Shown here: one piece after another, positions 12,976-28,400 of the stretch
How the letters are laid out: every line of letters begins with the position of its first letter
How positions within the stretch are numbered: position 1 is the first letter of the stretch
Assembly (NCBI RefSeq): GCF_009914755.1
Contig: NC_060938.1
Source: the human T2T-CHM13v2.0 reference genome, Homo sapiens
Direction: 5' to 3' (one strand)
DNA: 64,000 nt
Made by a program: the position numbers and the translations under genes
The notes under the pieces: generated by a model
Seen by the model: the letters and a program-made list of their open reading frames with translations, nothing else
Told to the model about the DNA's origin: nothing
Database searches by the model: none

Positions 12976-15900
12976 AAACACCAGGAGAATGAAATGGATT
13001 GGAATGAAATGGAATGGAATGGAATGGAATGGAATGAAATCAACCCGAGTGGAATGGAACGCAATGGAATGAATGGAAGGGAATGGTGTCGAAACAACAC
13101 GAGAGTAATGGAATGGAATGGAATGGAAAGGAACGGAATGGAAAGGAAGGGAATGGAATGAACCCGAATGGAATGGAATGGAATGGAATGGAATCAACAC
13201 GAATGGAATGGAATGGAATGGATTGGGATGCGATGGAACGGAATGGAATGGAATGGAATGGAATCAACACGAAAGGAATGGAACGGAATGGAATGGAATG
13301 GAAAGGAGTGGAATGGAATGGAATGGAATGGAATGAACCCGAATGGAATGGAATGGATTGGAATGGAATGGAGTGGAATCAACCCGAGCGGAAAGGAATG
13401 GAATGGAATGGGGTGGAATGGAATGGAATGGAATGGAATGGAATGCAATCCACACGAATGGAATGGAACGGAATGGAATGGAATGGGATGAAATGGAATG
13501 GAATGGAAGTTAATCAACACGAATGGAATGGAACGGAATGGAGTGGAATAGAATGGAATGGAATGAACCCGAATGGAATGGAATGGATTGGAATGGAATG
13601 CAAGGGAATCAAACCGAGCGGAAAGGAATGGAATGGAATGGAGTGGAATGGAATGGAATGTAACGGAATGGAATGGAATGGAATCAACACGAATGGAATG
13701 GAACGGAATGAAATGGCAAGGGATGGAATGCAATGGGATGGAAGTTAATCAACACGAATGGAATGGAACGGAATGGCATGGAACGGAATGGAATGGAATG
13801 GAAAGGAATGGAATGGAATGGAATGGAATGGAATGGAATGGAATGGAATGAAATGGAAAGGAAAGGAATGGAATCAACACGAGTGGAATGGAATGGTACT
13901 GAATGGAATCAACCCGAGTGGAATGAAATAGAATGTAATGCAATGACATGGAGTGGAATCAACCCGAGTGGAATGGAATGGAATGGAATGGAACAAAATG
14001 GAATGGATCAGAATGGAATCCAATGGAATCAACAGGAAGGGAATGGAATGGAATGGAATGGAATGGAATAAATCCGGGTGGAGTGGAATGGAATGTAATG
14101 GAGTGGAATGTAATGGAATTTAGTGGAATGGAATGGAATGGAATGAAATGGATAGGATTGGAATGGAATCCAATGGAATCAACTGGAATGGAATGGAATG
14201 AAATGGAATGGAATAAATCCGGGTGGAGTGGAATGGAATGTAATGGAGTGGAATGGAATGGATTTTACTGGAATGGAATGGAATGGAATGGAATGGAATG
14301 GAATGGAATGGAATCAACCCGAATGGGATGGCATGGAATGGAATTGAATGGAAAGGAATGGAATGGAGTGGAATGGAATGGAATGGAATGGAATGGAATC
14401 AACACAAGTGGAATGGAATGTAATGGAATGCAATGGAATCCACCCGAGTGGATTGTAATGGAATGGAATGGAATGGAATGGAATGGAGTGGAATGGAACA
14501 TAATGGATTGGAATGGAATAAACACCAGGGGAATGAAATGGATTAGAAGGAAATGGAATGGAATGGAATGGAATGGAATGGAATTCACTCGAGTGGAATA
14601 GAACGGAAGGGAATGGAATGGAAAGGAATGAATGGAATGGAATGATGTGGAATCAACACGAGAGTAATGGAATGGAAAGGAATGGAACGGAACCGAATGG
14701 AATGGAATGGATTGGAATGGAATGGAATGGAATCAACCTGAGCAGAAAGGAATGGAAAGGAATGGAGTGGAAAGGAATGTATGGAATGGAATGGAATGGA
14801 ATGGAATGGAATGGAATGGAATCAACACGAATGGAATGGAACGGAATGGAATGGGATGGGATGGAATGGAATGGAATGGAAGTTAATGAACACGAATGGA
14901 ATGGAACGGAATGGAATGGAATGGAATGGAATGGAACGGAATGGAACGGAATGGAATGGAATGGAATGGAATGCAATGAAATGGAAAGGAAGAGAATGGA
15001 ATCAACACGAGTGGAATAGAACGGAACGGAATGGAATCAACCCGAGTGGAATGAAATGGAATGTAATGCAATGGGATTGAGTGGAATCAACCCGAGTGGA
15101 ATGGAATCGAATGGAATTGAATGGACTGGAATGGAATGAAATGGAATGGATCGGAATGGAATCTAATGGAATCAACTGGAATGGAATGGAATGGAATGGA
15201 ATAGAATGGAATAAATCCGGGTGGAGCGGAATGGAAAGTACTGGAGTGGAATGTAATGGAATTTACTGGAATGGAATGGAATGGAATGGAATGAAATGGA
15301 TTGGATCGGAATGGAATCCAATGGTATCAACTGGAATGGAATGGAATGGAAGGGAATGGAATAAATCCGGGTAGAGTGGAATGGAATGTAATGGAGTGGA
15401 AAGGAATGGAATGGAATAAATCCGGGTGGAGTGGAATGGAATGTAATGGAGTGGAATGGAATGGATTTTACTGGAATGGAATGGAATGGAATGGAATGGA
15501 ATCAACCCGAATGGGATGGCATGGAATGGAAATGAATGGAATGGAATGGAATGGAATGGAATGGATTGGATCGGAATGGAATCCAATGGATTCAACTGGA
15601 ATGGAATGGAAAGGAATGGAATGGAATGGAATGGAATGGAATGTAATAAATCCGGGTGGAGTGGAATGGAATGTAATCGAGTGGAATGTAATGGAATTTA
15701 GTGGAATGGAATGGAATGGAATGGAATGGAATGGAATGGAATCAACCCGAATGGAATGGAACGGAATGGAATGCAATGGAATGGAATGGAATGGAAAGGA
15801 ATGGAATGGAATGGAAGGGAATCAACCCGAATGAGATGGCATGGAATGGAATTGAATGGAATGGAATGGAATGGAATGGAATGGAATGGAATCCACCCAA

Positions 15901-18900
15901 GTGCAATGGAATGGAATGGAATGCAAGGGAATCCACCTGAGTGGAGTGGAATGGAATGGAACGGAATGGAATGGAATGGAATGGAATGGAATGGAATGGA
16001 ATGGAATGGAGTGGAATGGATTGGAATGGAGTGGAATGGAATAAACACCAGGGGAATGAAATGGATTGGAATGAAATGGAATGGAATGGAATGAAATCAA
16101 CCAGAGTGGAATGCAACAGAATGGAATTGAATGGAAAGGAATGAATGGAATGGAATGGGGTGGAATCAACACGAGAGGAATGGAATGGAATGGAATGGAA
16201 AGGAACGGAATGGAAAGCAATGGAATGGAGTGAACCCGAATGGAATGGAATGGATCAGAATGGAATGGAATGGAATCAACCCGAGCGGAAAGGAATGGAA
16301 TGCAATGGGGTGGAATGAAATGTAATGTAATGTAATGGAATGGAATGGAATCAACACGAATGGAATGGAATGGAATGGAATTGGATGGGATGGAATGGAA
16401 TGGAATGGAAGTTAGTCAACACGAATGGAATGGATCCGAATGTAATCGAATGGAATGGAATGGAATGGAATGAAATGGAAAGGAACGGATTGGAATCAAC
16501 ACGAGTGGAATGGAATGGAACGGAATGGAATCAACCCGAGTGGAATGAAATGGAATGTAATGCAATGGGATGGAGTGGAATCAACCCGAGTGGAATGGAA
16601 AGGAATGGAATGGAATGGAATGGAATGGAATGGAATGGAATGGAATGGAATGGATTGGAATGGAATCCAATGGAATCAACTGGAATGGAATGGAATGGAA
16701 TGGAATGGAATGGAATAAATCCGAGTGGAGTGGAATGGAATGTAATGGAGTGGAATGTAATGGAATTTAGTGGAATGGAATGGAATGGATTGGAATGGAA
16801 TGAAATGGATTGGATCGGAATGGAAGGCAATGGAATCGACTGGAATGGAATGGAATGGAATGGAATGGAATAAATCCGGGTTGAGTGGAATGGAATGTAA
16901 TGGAGTAGAATGTAATGGAATTTAGTGGAATGGAATGGAATGGAAAGGAATCAACCCGAATGGAATGGAAAGTAATCGAATGGAAATAAATGGAATGGAA
17001 TGGAATGGAATCAACGCAAGTGCAATGGAATGGAATGGAATGCAATGGAGCCACCCGAGTGGAATGGAATGGAATGGAATGGAATGGAATGGAGTGGAAT
17101 GGAACGGAATGGAGTGGAATGGAATAAACACCAGGGGAATGAAATGGATTGGAATAAAATGGAATGGAATGGAATGGAATGGAATGAAATCAACCCGAGT
17201 GAAATGGAACGGAATGGAATGGAATGGAAAGGAATGAATGGAAGGGAATGCTGTGGAATCAACACGAGAGGAATGGAATGGAATGGCATGGAACGGAACA
17301 GAATGGAAAGGAATGGAAAGGAATGAACCCGAATGGAATGGAATGGATTGGAATGGAAGGGAATTGAATCAACCCGAGCGGAAAGGAATGGAATGGAATG
17401 GAGTGCAATGGAATGGAATGGAATGCAATGGAGCCACCCGAGTGGAATGGAATGGAATGGAATGGAGTGGAATGGAATGGAATGGAGTGGAATGGAATAA
17501 ACACCAGGGGAATGAAATGGATTGGAATAAAATGGAATGGAATGGAATGGAATGGAATGAAATCAACCCGAGTGGAATGGAACGGAATGGAATGGAATGG
17601 AAAGGAATGAATGGAAGGGAATGCTGTGGAATCAACACGAGAGGAATGGAATGGAATGGCATGGAACGAAACAGAATGGAAAGGAATTGAAAGGAATGAA
17701 CCCGAATGGAATGGAATGGATTGGAATGGAAGGGAATTGAATCAACCCGAGCGGAAAGGAATGGAATGGAATGGAGTGGAATGGAATGTAATGGAATGGA
17801 ATGGAATGGAAAGGAATCAACACGAATGGAATGGAATGGAATGGAATGGGATGGGATGGAATGGAATGGAATGGAAGTTAATCAACACGAATGGAATGGA
17901 TCGGAATGTAATCGAATGGAATGGAATTTAATGGAATGAAATGGAAAGGAACGGATTGGAATCAACACGTGTGGAATGGAATGGAACGGAATGGAATCAA
18001 CCCGAGTGGAATGAAATGGAATGTAATGCAATGGGATGGAGTAGAATCAACCCGAGTGGAATGGAAAGGAATGGAATGGAATGGAATGGAATGGAATGGA
18101 ATGGAATGGAATGGAATGGAATGGATTGGAATGGAATCCAATGGAATCAACTGGAATGGAATGGAATGGAATGGAATGGAATGGAATAAATCCGAGTGGA
18201 GTGGAATGGAATGTAATGGAGTGGAATGTAATGGAATTTAGTGGAATGGAATGGAATGGATTGGAATGGAATGAAATGGATTGGATCGGAATGGAAGGCA
18301 ATGGAATCAACTGGAATGGAATGGAATGGAATGGAATGGAATGGAATGGAATGGAATGGAATGGAATGGAATAAATCCGGGTTGAGTGGAATGGAATGTA
18401 ATGGAGTAGAATCTAATGGAATTTTGTGGAATGGAATGGAATGGAATGGAATGGAAAGGAATCAACCCGAATGTAATGGAAAGGAATCGAATGGAAATAA
18501 ATGGAATGGAATGGAATGGAATCAACCCAAGTGCAATGGAATGGAATGGAATGCAACGGAGCCACCCGAGTGGAATGGAATGGAATGGAATGGAATGGAG
18601 TGGAATGGAACGGAATGGAGTGGAATGGAATAAACACCAGGGGAATGAAATGGATTGGAATAAAATGGAATGGAATGGAATGGAATGGAATGAAATCAAC
18701 TCGAGTGGAATGGAACGGAATGGAATGGAATGGAAAGGAATGAATGGAAGGGAATGCTGTGGAATCAACACGAGAGGAATGGAATGGAATGGCATGGAAC
18801 GGAACAGAATGGAAAGGAATGGAAAGGAATGAACCCGAATGGAATGGAATGGATTGGAAAGAAGGGAATTGAATCAACCCGAGCGGAAAGGAATGGAATG

Positions 18901-19880
18901 GAATGGAGTGGAATGGAATGTAATGGAATGCAATGGAATGGAATGGAATCAACACGAATGGAATGGAACGGAATGGAATGGGATGGGATGGAATGGAATG
19001 GAATGGAAGTTAATCAACACGAATGGAATGGAACGGAATGGAATGGAATGTAATGGAATGAAATGGAAAGGAACGGAATGGATTCAACACGAGTGGAATG
19101 GAATGGAATAAAATGGAAAGGAACAGAATTGAATCAACACGAGTGGAATGGAATGGAACGGAATGGAATCAACCCGAGTGGAATGAAATGGAAAGTAATG
19201 CAATGGGATGGAGTAGAATCAACCCGAGTGGAATGGAATGGAATGGAATGAAAGGGAATGGATCGGAATGGAATCCAATGGAATCAACTGGAATGGAATG
19301 GAATGGAATGGAATGCAATGGAATGGAAAAAATCCGGGTGGAGTGAAATGGAATGTAATGCAGTGGAATGTAATGGAATTTAGTGGAATGGAATGGAATG
19401 GAATGGAATGGAATGGAATGGAATAGAATGAAATGGATTGGATAGGAATGGAATCCAATGGAATCAACTGGAATGGAATGGAATGGAATGGAAAGGAGTG
19501 GAATAAATCCGGGTGGAGTGGAATGGAATGTAATGGAGTGGAATGGAATGGAATTTAGTGGAATGGAATGGAATGGAATGGAATCAACCCGAGTGGAATG
19601 GAATGGAATGGAATGCAAAGGAATGGAATGGAATAGAATGGAATGGAATGGAATGGAATGGAATGGAATGGAATGGAATGGAACGCAATCAACCCGAATG
19701 GAATGGCATGGAATGGCATTGAATGGAATAGAATGGAATGGAATGGAATGGAATGGAATCAAACCAAGCGCAATGGAATGGAATGGAATGCAATGGAATC
19801 CAACCGAGTGTAATGGAATGGAATGGAATGGAATGGAATGGAATGGAATGGAGTGGAATGGAACGGAATGGAGTGGAATG
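12976..19880 (+). repeat. Long paralogous block, copy (with internal indels) at ~28690-33770
   Basis: AAATGGCAAG (13711/29407), GATTTTACTG (14261/29957), CAACCTGAGCAG (14734/30046), GTAGAGTGG (15371/30683), ATGAGATGGC (15831/31233), CGAAACAGAAT (17667/32721), GATTCAACAC (19081/33013). Confidence 0.85.
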
Positions 19881-22400
19881 CAATAAACACCAGGGGAATG
19901 AAATGGATTGGAATGAAGTGGAATGGAATGGAATGGAATGCAATGGAATCCACCCGAGTGTAATGGAATGGAATGGAATGGAATGGAATGGAAAGGAATG
20001 GAATGGAATGGAATGGAGTGGAATGGAACGGAATGGAGTGGAATGCAATAAACATCAGGGGAATGAAATGGATTGGAATGAAGTGGAATGGAATGGAATG
20101 GAATGGAATGAAATCAACCCGAGTGGAATGGAACGGAATGGAATGGAATGGAAAGGAATGAATGGAAAGGAATGGTGTGGAATCAACACGAAAGGAATGG
20201 AATGGAATGGAATGGAAAGTAACGGAACGGAATGGAAAGGAATGGAATGGAATGAACCCGAATGGAATGGAATGGAATGGATTGGAATGGAATGGAATGG
20301 AATCAACCCGAGCGGAAAGGAACGGAATGGAATGGAGCGGAATGTAATGTAATGTAATGTAATGGAATGGAATGGAATCAACACAAATGGAATGGAACGG
20401 AATGGAATGGGATAGGATGGAATGGTATGGAATGGAAGTTAATCAACACGAATGGAATGGAACGGAATGGAATGGAATGGAATGGAAAGGAATGGAATGG
20501 AATGGAATGGAATCAAATGGAAAGGAACGGAATGGAATCAACACGAGTGGAATGGAATGGAATGGAATGGAATGGAATGGAATGGAGTGGAATGGAACGG
20601 AATGGAGTAGAATGGAATAAACACCAGGGGAATGAAATGGATTGGAATAAAATGGAATGGAATGGAATGGAATGGAATGAAATCAACTCGAGTGGAATGG
20701 AACGGAATGGAATGGAATGGAAAGGAATGAATGGAAGGGAATGCTGTGGAATCAACACGAGAGGAATGGAATGGAATGGCATGGAAAGCAACAGAATGGA
20801 AAGGAATGGAAAGGAATGAACCCGAATGGAATGGAATGGATTGGAAAGAAGGGATTTGAATCAACCCGAGCAGAAAGGAATGGAATGGAATGGAGTGGAA
20901 TGGAATGTAATGGAATGCAATGGAATGGAATGGAATCAACACGAATGGAATGGAACGGAATGGAATGGTATGGGATGGAATGGAATGGAATGGAAGTTAA
21001 TCAACACGAATGGAATGGAACGGAATGGAATGGAATGTAATGGAATGAAATGGAAAGGAACGGAATGGATTCAACACGAGTGGAATGGAACGGAATAAAA
21101 TGGAAAGGAACAGAATTGAATCAACACGAGTGGAATGGAATGGAACGGAATGGAATCAACCCGAGTGGCATGAAATGGAAAGTAATGCAATGGGATGCAG
21201 TACAATCAACCCGAGTGGAATGGAATGGAATGGAATGAAATGGAATGGATCGGAATGGAATCCAATGGAATCAACTGGAATGGAATGGAATGGAATGGAA
21301 TGGAATGGAATGGAATGGAATGGAATAGAATGAAATGGATTGGATAGGAATGGAATCCAATGGAATCAACTGGAATGGAATGGAATGGAATGGAAAGGAG
21401 TGGAATAAATCCGGGTGGAGTGGAATGGAATGTAATGGAATGGAATGGAATGGAATTTAGTGGAATGGAATGGAATGGAATGGAATCAACCCGAGTGGAA
21501 TGGAATGGAACGGAATGCAAAGGAATGGAATGGAATGGAATGGAATGGAATGGAATCAACCCGAATGGAATGGCATGGAATGGCATTGAATGGAATAGAA
21601 TGGAATGGAATGGAATGGAATGGAATCAAACCAAGCGCAATGGAATGGAATGGAATGCAATGGAATCCAACCGAGTGTAATGGAATGGAATGGAATGGAG
21701 TGGAATGGAACGGAATGGAGTGGAATGCAATAAACACCAGGGGAATGAAATGGATTGGAATGAAGTGGAATGGAATGGAATGGAATGCAATGGAATCCAC
21801 CCGAGTGTAATGGAATGGAATGGAATGGAATGGAATGGAATGGAATGGAATGGAATGGAATGGAGTGGAATGGAACGGAATGGAGTGGAATGCAATAAAC
21901 ATCAGGGGAATGAAATGGATTGGAATGAAGTGGAATAGAATGGAATGGAATGGAATGAAATCAACCCGAGTGGAATGGAACGGAATGGAATGGAATGGAA
22001 AGGAATGAATGGAAAGGAATGGTGTGGAATCAACACGAAAGGAATGGAATGGAATGGAATGGAACGGAACGGAATGGAAAGGAATGGAATGGAATGAACC
22101 CGAATGGAATGGAATGGAATGGATTCGAATGGAATGGAATGGAATCAACCCGAGCGGAAAGGAACGGAATGGAATGGAGCGGAATGTAATGTAATGGAAT
22201 GGAATAGAATGGAATGGAATCAACACAAATGGAATGGAACGGAATGGAATGGGATAGGATGGAATGGTATGGAATGGAAGTTAATCAACACGAATGGAAT
22301 GGAACGGAATGGAATGGAATGGAATGGAAAGGAATGGAATGGAATGGAATGGAATCAAATGGAAAGGAACGGAATGGAATCAACACGAGTGGAATGGAAT
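18590..22400 (+). repeat. Tandem ~1.85-2.0 kb duplication (two copies), each containing a nested ~165 bp duplication
   Basis: Landmarks 18632/20619, 19885/21732, 20050/21897. Shared CAACTCGAGT, TTGGAAAGAAGGGA, GGCATTGAAT, CAAACCAAGCGCAAT, AAACATCAGGGG, GGAGCGGAATGTAAT. Confidence 0.87.
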
Positions 22401-25400
22401 GGAATGGAATGGAATCAACCCCAGTGGAATGAACTGGAATGTAATGCAATGGGATGGAGTGGAATCAACCCGAGTGGAATGGAATTGAATGGAATGGAAT
22501 GAAATGGAATCCAATGGAATCAACTGGAATGGAATGGAATGGAATGGAATGGAATGGAATGCAATGCAATGGAATGGAATAAATCTGGGTGGAGTGGAAT
22601 GGAATGAAACGGATTGGAATGTAATGGAATTTAGTGGAATGGAATGGAATGGAATGGAATGAAATGGATTGGATCGGAATGGAATCCAATGGAATCAACT
22701 GGAATGGAATGGAATGGAATGGAATGGAATAAATCCGGGTTGAGTGGAATGGAATGTAATGGAGTAGAATGTAATGGAATTTAGTGGAATGGAATGGAAT
22801 GGAAAGGAATCAACCCGAATGGAATGGAAAGGAATCGAATGGAAATAAATGGAATGGAATGGAATGGAATCAACCCAAGTGCAATGGAATGGAATGGAAT
22901 GCAATGGAGCCACCCGAGTGGAATGGAATGGAATGGAATGGAATGGAATGGAATGGAATGGAGTGGAATGGAACGGAATGGAGTGGAAGGGAATAAACAC
23001 CAGGGGAATGAAATGGATTGGAATAAAATGGAATGGAATGGAATGGAATGGAATGAAATCAACTCGAGTGGAATGGAACGGAATGGAATGGAATGGAAAG
23101 GAATGAATGGAAGGGAATGCTGTGGAATCAACACGAGAGGAATGGAATGGAATGGCATGGAACGGAACAGAATGGAAAGGAATGGAAAGGAATGAACCCG
23201 AATGGAATGGAATGGATTGGAAAGAAGGGAATTGAATCAACCCGAGCGGAAAGGAATGGAATGGAATGGAATGAAATCAAACCGAGTGGAATGCAACGGA
23301 ATGGAATGGAATGGAAAGGAATGAATGTAATGGAATGGGGTGGAATCAACACGAGAGGAATGGAATGGAATGGAATGGAAAGGAACGGAATGGAAAGGAA
23401 TGTAATGGAATGGAATGGAATCAACACGAATGGAATGGAATGGAATGGAATGGGATGGGATGGAATGGAATGGAATGGAATGGAATCAACACGAATGGAA
23501 TGGAATGGAATGGAATGGGATGGAATGGAATGGAATGGAAGTTAATCAACACGAATGGAATGGAACGGAATGGAATGGAATGCAATGGAATGGAATGAAC
23601 CCGAATGGAATGGAATGGATTGGAATGGAATGGAATGGAATCAACCCGAGCGGAAAGGAATGGAATGGAATGGAGTGGAATGGAATGGAATGGAATGGAA
23701 TGGAATGGAATGGAATGGAATGGAGTGGAATGGAATGGAATCAACACGAATGGAATGGAACGGAATGGAATGGGATGGGATGGAATGGAATGGAAGTTAA
23801 TCAACACGAATGGAATGGAACAGAATGGACGGGAATGGAATGGAAAGAACCCGAATGGAATGGAATGGATTAGAATGGAATGGAATGTAATCAACCCGAG
23901 CAGAAAGGAATGGAATGGAATGGAGTGGAATGGAATGTAATGTAATGGAATGGAATGGGATGGAATCAACACGAATGGAATGGAACGGAATGTAATGGGA
24001 TGGGATGGAATGGAATGGAATGGAAGTTAATCAACACGAATGGAATGGAAAGGAATGGAATGGAATGGAATGGAACGGAACAGAACGGAATGGAATGGAA
24101 TGGAATGGAATAGAATGGAATGAAATGGAAAGGAACGGAATGGAATCAACATGAGTGGATAGGAATGGAACGGAATGGAATTAACCCGAGTGGAATGAAA
24201 TGGAATGTAATGCAATGGGATGGAGTGGAATAAACCCGAGTGGAATGGAATGGAATGGAATGAAATGGTATGGATTGGAATGGAATCCAATGGAATCAAC
24301 TGGAATGGAATGGAATGGAATGGAATGGAATGGAATGGAATAAATCCGGGTGGAGTGGAATGGAATGTAATGGAGTGGAATGTAATGGAATTTAGTGGAA
24401 TGGAATGGAATGGATTGGAATGGAATGAAATGGATTGGATCGGAATGGAAGGCAATGGAATCAACTGGAATGGAATGGAATGGAATGGAATGGAATGGAA
24501 TGGAATGGAATGGAATAAATCCGGGTTGAGTGGAATGGAATGCAATGGAGTAGAATGTAATGGAATTTAGTGGAATGGAATGGAATGGAATGGAATGGAA
24601 AGGAATCATCCCGAATGGAATGGAAAGGAATCGAATGGAAATAAATGGAATGGAATGGAATGGAATCTACCCAAGTACAATGGAATGGAATGGAATGCAA
24701 TGGAGCCAACCGAGTGGAATGGAATGGAATGGAATGGAATGGAGTGGAGTGGAATGGAACGGAATGGAGTGGAATGGAATAAACACCAGGGGAATGAAAT
24801 GGATTGGAATAAAATGGAATGGAATGGAATGGAATGGAAAGAAATCAACCCGAGTGGAATGGAACGGAATGGAATGGAATGGAAAGGAATGAATGGAAGG
24901 GAATGCTGTGGAATCAACACGAGAGGAATGGAATGGAATGGCATGGAACGGAACAGAATGGAAAGGAATGGAAAGGAATGAAACCGAATGGAATGGAATA
25001 GATTGGAATGGAAGGGAATTGAATCAACCCGAGCGGAAAGGAATGGAATGGAATGGAGTGGAATGGAATGTAATGGAATGGAATGGAATGGAATCAACAC
25101 GAATGGAATGGAACGGAATGGAATGGGATGGGATGGAATGGAATGGAATGGAAGTTAATCAACACGAATGGAATGGATCGGAATGTAATCGAATGGAATG
25201 GAATGGAATGGAATGAAATGGAAAGGAACGGATTGGAATCAACACGAGTGGAATGCAATGGAACGGAATGGAATCAATCCGAGTGGAATGAAATGGAATG
25301 TAATGCAATGGGATGGAGTGGAATCAACCCGAGTGGAATGGAAAGGAATGGAATGGAATGGAATGGAATGGATTGGAATGGAATCCAATGGAATCAACTG

Positions 25401-28400
25401 GAATGGAATGGAATGGAATGGAATGGAATGGAATAAATCCGAGTGGAGTGGAATGGAATGTAATGGAGTGGAATGTAATGGAATTTAGTGGAATGGAATG
25501 GAATGGATTGGAATGGAATGAAATGGATTGGATCGGTATGGAAGGCAATGGAATCAACTGGAATGGAATGGAATGGAATGGAATGGAATGGAATGGAACG
25601 GAATAAAACCGGGTTGAGTGGAATGGAATGTAACGGAGTAGAATGTAATGGAATTTAGTGGAATGGAATGGAATGGAATGGAATGGAAAGGAATCAACCC
25701 GAATGGAATGGAAAGGAATCGAATGGAAATAAATGGAATGGAATGGAATGGAATCAACCCAAGTGCAATGGAATGGAATGGAATGCAATGGAGCCACCCG
25801 AGTGGAATGGAATGGAATGGAATGGAATGGAGTGGAATGGAACGGAATGGAGTGGAATGGAATAAACACCAGGGGAATGAAATGGATTGGAATAAAATGG
25901 AATGGAATGGAATGGAATGGAATGGAAAGGAATCAACCCGAATGGAATGGAAAGGAATCGAATGGAAATAAATGGAATGGAATGGAATGGAATCAACCCA
26001 AGTGCAATGGAATGGAATGGAATGCAATGGAGCCACCCGAGTGGAATGGAATGGAATGGAATGGAATGGAATGGAGTGGAATGGAACGGAATGGAGTGGA
26101 ATGGAATAAACACCAGGGGAATGAAATGGATTGGAATAAAATGGAATGGAATGGAATGGAATGGAATGAAATCAACTCGAGTGGAATGGAACGGAATGGA
26201 ATGGAATGGAAAGGAATGACTGGAAGGGAATCCTGTGGAATCAACACGAGAGGAATGGAATGGAATGGCATGGAACGGAACAGAATGGAAAGGAATGGAA
26301 AGGAATGAACCCGAATGGAATGGAATAGATTGGAATGGAAGGGAATTGAATCAACCCGAGCGGAAAGGAATGGAATGCAATGGAGTGGAATGGAATAGAA
26401 TGGAATGCAATGGAATGGAATGGAATCAACACGAATGGAATGGAACGGAATGGAATGGGATGGGATGGAATGGAATGGAATGGAAGTTAATCAACACGAA
26501 TGGAATGGAACGGAATGGAATGGAATGTAATGGAATGAAATGGAAAGGAACGGAATGGATTCAACACGAGTGGAATGGAATGGAATAAAATGGAAAGGAA
26601 CAGAATTGAATCAACACGAGTGGAATGGAATGGAACGGAATGGAATCAACCCGAGTGGAATGAAATGGAAAGTAATGCAATGGGATGGAGTAGAATCAAC
26701 CCGAGTGGAATGGAATGGAATGGAATGAAATGGAATGGATCGGAATGGAATCCAATAGAATCAACTGGAATGGAATGGAATGGAATGGAATGCAATGGAA
26801 TGGAATAAATCCGGGTGGAGTGGAATGGAATGTAATGGAGTGGAATGTAATGGAATTTAGTGGAATGTAATGGAATGGAATGGAATGGAATGGAATGGAA
26901 TGGAATGGAATGGAATAGAATGAAATGGATTGGATAGGAATGGAATCCAATGGAATCAACTGGAATGGAATGGAATGGAATGGAAAGGAGTGGAATAAAT
27001 CCGGGTGGAGTGGAATGGAATGTAATGGAGTGGAATGGAATGGAATTTAGTGGAATGGAATGGAATCAACCCGAGTGGAATGGAACGGAATGGAATGCAA
27101 AGGAATGGAATGGAATGGAATCAACCCGAATGGAATGGCATGGAATGGCATTGAATGGAATAGAATGGAATGGAATGGAATGGAATGGAATCAAACCAAG
27201 CGCAATGGAATGGAATGGAATGCAATGGAATCCAACCGAGTGTAATGGAATGGAATGGAATGGAATGGAATGGAATGGAATGGAGTGGAATGGAATGGAA
27301 TCAACACGAATGGAATGGAACGGAATGGAATGGGATGGGATGGAATGGAATGGAATGGAAGTTAATCAACACGAATGGAATGGAACGGAATGGACGGGAA
27401 TGGAATGGAAAGAACCCGAATGGAATGGAATGGATTAGAATGGAATGGAATGTAATCAACCCGAGCAGAAAGGAATGGAATGGAATGGAGTGGAATGTAA
27501 TGTAATGTAATGGAATGGAATGGGATGGAATCAACACGAATGGAATGGAACGGAATGTAATGGGATGGGATGGAATGGAATGGAATGGAAGTTAATCAAC
27601 ACGAATGGAATGGAAAGGAATGGAATGGAATGCAATGGAACGGAACAGAACGGAATGGAATGGAATGGAATGGAATAGAATGGAATGAAATGGAAAGGAA
27701 CGGAATGGAATCAACATGAGTGGATAGGAATGGAACGGAATGGAATCAACCCGAGTGGAATGAAATGGAATGTAATGCAATGGGATGGAGTGGAATAAAC
27801 CCGAGTGGAATGGAATGGAATGGAATGAAATGGTATGGATTGGAATGGAATCCAATGGAATCAACTGGAATGGAATGGAATGGAATGGAATGGAATGGAA
27901 TAAATCCGGGTGGAGTGGAATGGAATGTAATGGAGTGGAAAGGAATGGAATATAGTGGAATGGAATGGAATGGAACGGAATGGAATGGAATCAACCCGAA
28001 TGGAATGGAACGGAATGGAATGGAAAGGAAAGGAATGGAATGGAATGGAATGGAATGGAATGGAATGGAATGGAATGGAATGGCATGAAATGGAATGGAT
28101 CGGAATGGAATCCAACGGAATCAACTGGAATGGAATGGAAGGGAATGGAATGGAATGGAATGGAATGGAATAAATCCGGGTGGAGTGGAATGGAATGTAA
28201 TGGAGTGGAATGTAATGGAATTTAGTGGAATGGATTGGAATGGAATGGAATGGAATGGAATGGAATGAAATGGATTGGATCGGAATGGAATCCAATTGAA
28301 TCAACTGGAATGGAATGGAATAGAATGGAATGGAATAAATCCGGGTCGAGTGGAATGGAATGTAATGGAGTGGAATGGAATGGAATTTAGTGGAATGGAA

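Noticed and set aside
14585-14594. Short palindromes (ACTCGAGT, ACTAGT, GAATTC) as regulatory or recombination sites
   Set aside because: Each is a simple substitution variant of a standard module; useful only as lineage or restriction markers.
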